This document shows, piece after piece, positions 24,957-26,985 of a stretch of 26,985 bases of DNA. Every line of letters starts with the position of its first letter. Within the stretch, counting starts at the first letter, position 1. The position numbers and the translations under genes were made by a program. The stretch is taken from assembly GCA_964480905.1 (NCBI GenBank), contig CAYZRO010000001.1, positions 1 to 26,985 on the forward strand. Reading direction: 5' to 3'. The notes beneath the pieces were generated by a model, which was not told the origin of the DNA, ran no database searches, and was given only the letters and a program-made list of their open reading frames with translations. This stretch comes from an uncultured Candidatus Saccharibacteria bacterium. GTDB lineage: Bacteria; Patescibacteriota; Minisyncoccia; Portnoybacterales; JAGGTM01.

Positions 24957-26985
24957 ATGCGTGAATATTCTATTGAGAAAACAAGAAATATTGGAATTAT
25001 CGCTCATATTGATGCCGGTAAGACCACGGTTACTGAACGAGTGCTTTATTATACCGGCAAAAAACATAAAATAGGCGAAGTTCATGAGGGAGAAGCTGAA
25101 ATGGACTGGATGGCTCAAGAAAAAGAAAGAGGTATTACGATTACTTCGGCGGCAACCACTTGTTTTTGGTCGCATTCAAATAGCCAAGATAAATATCGAA
25201 TAAACATTATAGATACACCCGGCCATATTGATTTTACTGTAGAGGTTCAGCGTTCTTTAAGAATTCTTGATGGAGCAGTTGTCGTTTTTGATGGAGTGGC
25301 GGGAGTTGAACCCCAATCAGAAACAGTTTGGCATCAAGCAGATAAATATCAAGTGCCACGCATATGTTTTATTAATAAACTTGATCGGACTGGAGCTAGT
25401 TTTGAGAAAAGTTTTCAGTCTATTTTAGAAAGACTTAGTCCGAATGCGGTCAGGATGCAGATGCCTATTGGCTTAGAAGAAAAACACATAGGGGTTATTG
25501 ATCTTTTAAAACAAAAGGCCATTTATTTTGAGGGGAAATTAGGCGAGGAGATTGTAGAGAAAGAGGTACCAGAAGAACTAAAAAAAGAAACAGAAGAAAA
25601 GAGGCACGAATTGATTGAAAAAATTGTTGAACATGATGATCAACTGATGGAGAAGTATCTTAATGGGCAAGATTTGCCAGTAGAAGATCTAAAAAAAGTT
25701 TTGCGTAAGGCGGTTTTAAATTATAAACTTATTCCTGTTTTTTGTGGTTCGGCTTTAAAGAATAAAGGCGTTCAACCATTATTAGATGCTATTATAGATT
25801 ATTTGCCTTCGCCGGTTGATTTGCCGCCTGTAGAAGGTTATGATTACAAGAATCCAGAAAAAAAGATTATTAGAGAGAGCAAAGATGATTCTCCTTTTGC
25901 CGCCTTGGTTTTTAAAATAGCTACCGACCCTTTTGTCGGACAGTTAGCTTATTTTCGTGTTTATTCAGGCATTTTGGAGGCCGGTTCTTATGTTTTTAAC
26001 TCTAACACAGGCCAGAAAGAAAGAGTCGGTCGAATAGTCCGTATGCACGCCAATCACAGAGAGGATCTTAAAGAGATTTTTGCGGGTGATATAGGAGCTA
26101 TTGTTGGTTTAAAAAATACTACTACTGGTGATACGCTTTGTGATCCTGTTGAACCGATTATTTTAGAAAAAATTTCTTTTCCAGAACCGGTTATTTCAAC
26201 AGCTATTGAGCCAAAAAGTAAAGCCGACCAAGAAAAAATGGCTATAGCTTTGAGACGATTAGCTGAAGAGGATCCCACTTTTGTTATAAAAGGCGATACA
26301 GAGACAGGACAAACAATTATCTCTGGAATGGGAGAATTACATTTGGAGGTTCTTGTGGATAGGCTAGTGAGAGAATTTAATGTTAATGCCAATATCGGTC
26401 AACCTCAAGTAGCTTATAAGGAAACTATTCGTGAGAAAGCTGAAGCTGAGGGAAAATATATTCGTCAGAGTGGCGGTCGTGGTCAATATGGACATGTTTG
26501 GTTAAGAGTTGAACCGTTGGAACGAGGAGGCGGTTTTGAATTTGTTGATGCTATTAAAGGAGGCATTATTCCAAAAGAATTCATTCCGGCAGTGGAAAAA
26601 GGCGTAAAAGAGGCGACAGAAAAAGGCATTTTGATTGGTTATCCGGTTGTTGATGTAAAGGTTACTTTATACGATGGTTCTTTTCATGAAGTAGATTCTT
26701 CTGAGGCCGCTTTTAAAATTGCCGGATCAATGGCATTTCAAGAAGCGGCTAAGCAGGCTAAGCCTGTTCTTTTAGAACCAATTATGACTCTTCAAGTTAT
26801 TACTCCAGAAAAATTTATGGGTGATGTGATAGGCGATATTAATTCAAAAAGAGGACATATTGAAAAAATAGAAGATAGAGGAGAGGGTAATTTTGTGACA
26901 AAAGTTATAGATGCCAAGGTGCCTTTAGCAGAAATGTTTGGTTATGCTACTGTTTTACGGTCAATGACTCAAGGAAGAGCTGTTT
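24957..26985 (+). CDS. fusA: Elongation factor G, 3'-truncated by the window edge (absent from the ORF track because no stop codon falls in the window)
   Basis: [77 protein letters not shown]; ends at LRSMTQGRA. Confidence 0.99.
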   Translation, partial: MREYSIEKTRNIGIIAHIDAGKTTVTERVLYYTGKKHKIGEVHEGEAEMDWMAQEKERGITITSAATTCFWSHSNSQDKYRINIIDTPGHIDFTVEVQRSLRILDGAVVVFDGVAGVEPQSETVWHQADKYQVPRICFINKLDRTGASFEKSFQSILERLSPNAVRMQMPIGLEEKHIGVIDLLKQKAIYFEGKLGEEIVEKEVPEELKKETEEKRHELIEKIVEHDDQLMEKYLNGQDLPVEDLKKVLRKAVLNYKLIPVFCGSALKNKGVQPLLDAIIDYLPSPVDLPPVEGYDYKNPEKKIIRESKDDSPFAALVFKIATDPFVGQLAYFRVYSGILEAGSYVFNSNTGQKERVGRIVRMHANHREDLKEIFAGDIGAIVGLKNTTTGDTLCDPVEPIILEKISFPEPVISTAIEPKSKADQEKMAIALRRLAEEDPTFVIKGDTETGQTIISGMGELHLEVLVDRLVREFNVNANIGQPQVAYKETIREKAEAEGKYIRQSGGRGQYGHVWLRVEPLERGGGFEFVDAIKGGIIPKEFIPAVEKGVKEATEKGILIGYPVVDVKVTLYDGSFHEVDSSEAAFKIAGSMAFQEAAKQAKPVLLEPIMTLQVITPEKFMGDVIGDINSKRGHIEKIEDRGEGNFVTKVIDAKVPLAEMFGYATVLRSMTQGRAV

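Noticed and set aside
12549-26392. Further short ORFs 12549-12737, 16944-17147, 17769-17996, 19545-19838, 22997-23182, 23656-23874, 24042-24272, 24375-24611, 24850-25074, 24936-25175 and 26054-26392
   Set aside because: All overlap well-supported genes (comEC, topA, ABC ATPase, rpmB, S2P, rpsL, rpsG, fusA) in another frame or strand.
1-26985. CRISPR array, transposase, integrase, prophage gene, or reassigned TGA (code 25)
   Set aside because: No spaced direct repeats or mobile-element ORFs seen; conserved genes translate full length in code 11 and TGA acts as a stop.

Overview
AT-rich bacterial chromosomal window, standard genetic code (TGA terminates rpsU and topA). The gene content and style suggest a Patescibacteria/CPR (Parcubacteria-like) anaerobe, but this is inference only. 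Most of it is housekeeping: rplU, pth, lepB, hisS-HIT-rpsU-yqeY-ybeY, ftsA-ftsZ, class III ribonucleotide reductase nrdD-nrdG, a ComEC split into two genes, ndk, dprA-topA, tRNA-Pro(GGG), rpmB, a site-2 protease, and rpsL-rpsG-fusA (fusA runs off the end and is missing from the ORF track). No CRISPR array, integrase or transposase is visible. The notable parts are: (1) the ndk-dprA intergenic region, holding a compact 6S-like RNA, a bidirectional terminator and an unassigned 181-bp multi-hairpin element closed by 28-bp inverted repeats; (2) a permease-less ABC ATPase + Fe-S-domain G3E GTPase + two ferredoxins + glycerate-type glycosyltransferase cluster between topA and tRNA-Pro; (3) a candidate anti-Shine-Dalgarno sRNA after topA, in a window where rpsU is the only housekeeping gene with a strong SD; (4) a PD-(D/E)xK-like antisense gene between the two ComEC halves, with comEC apparently co-transcribed with nrdDG.
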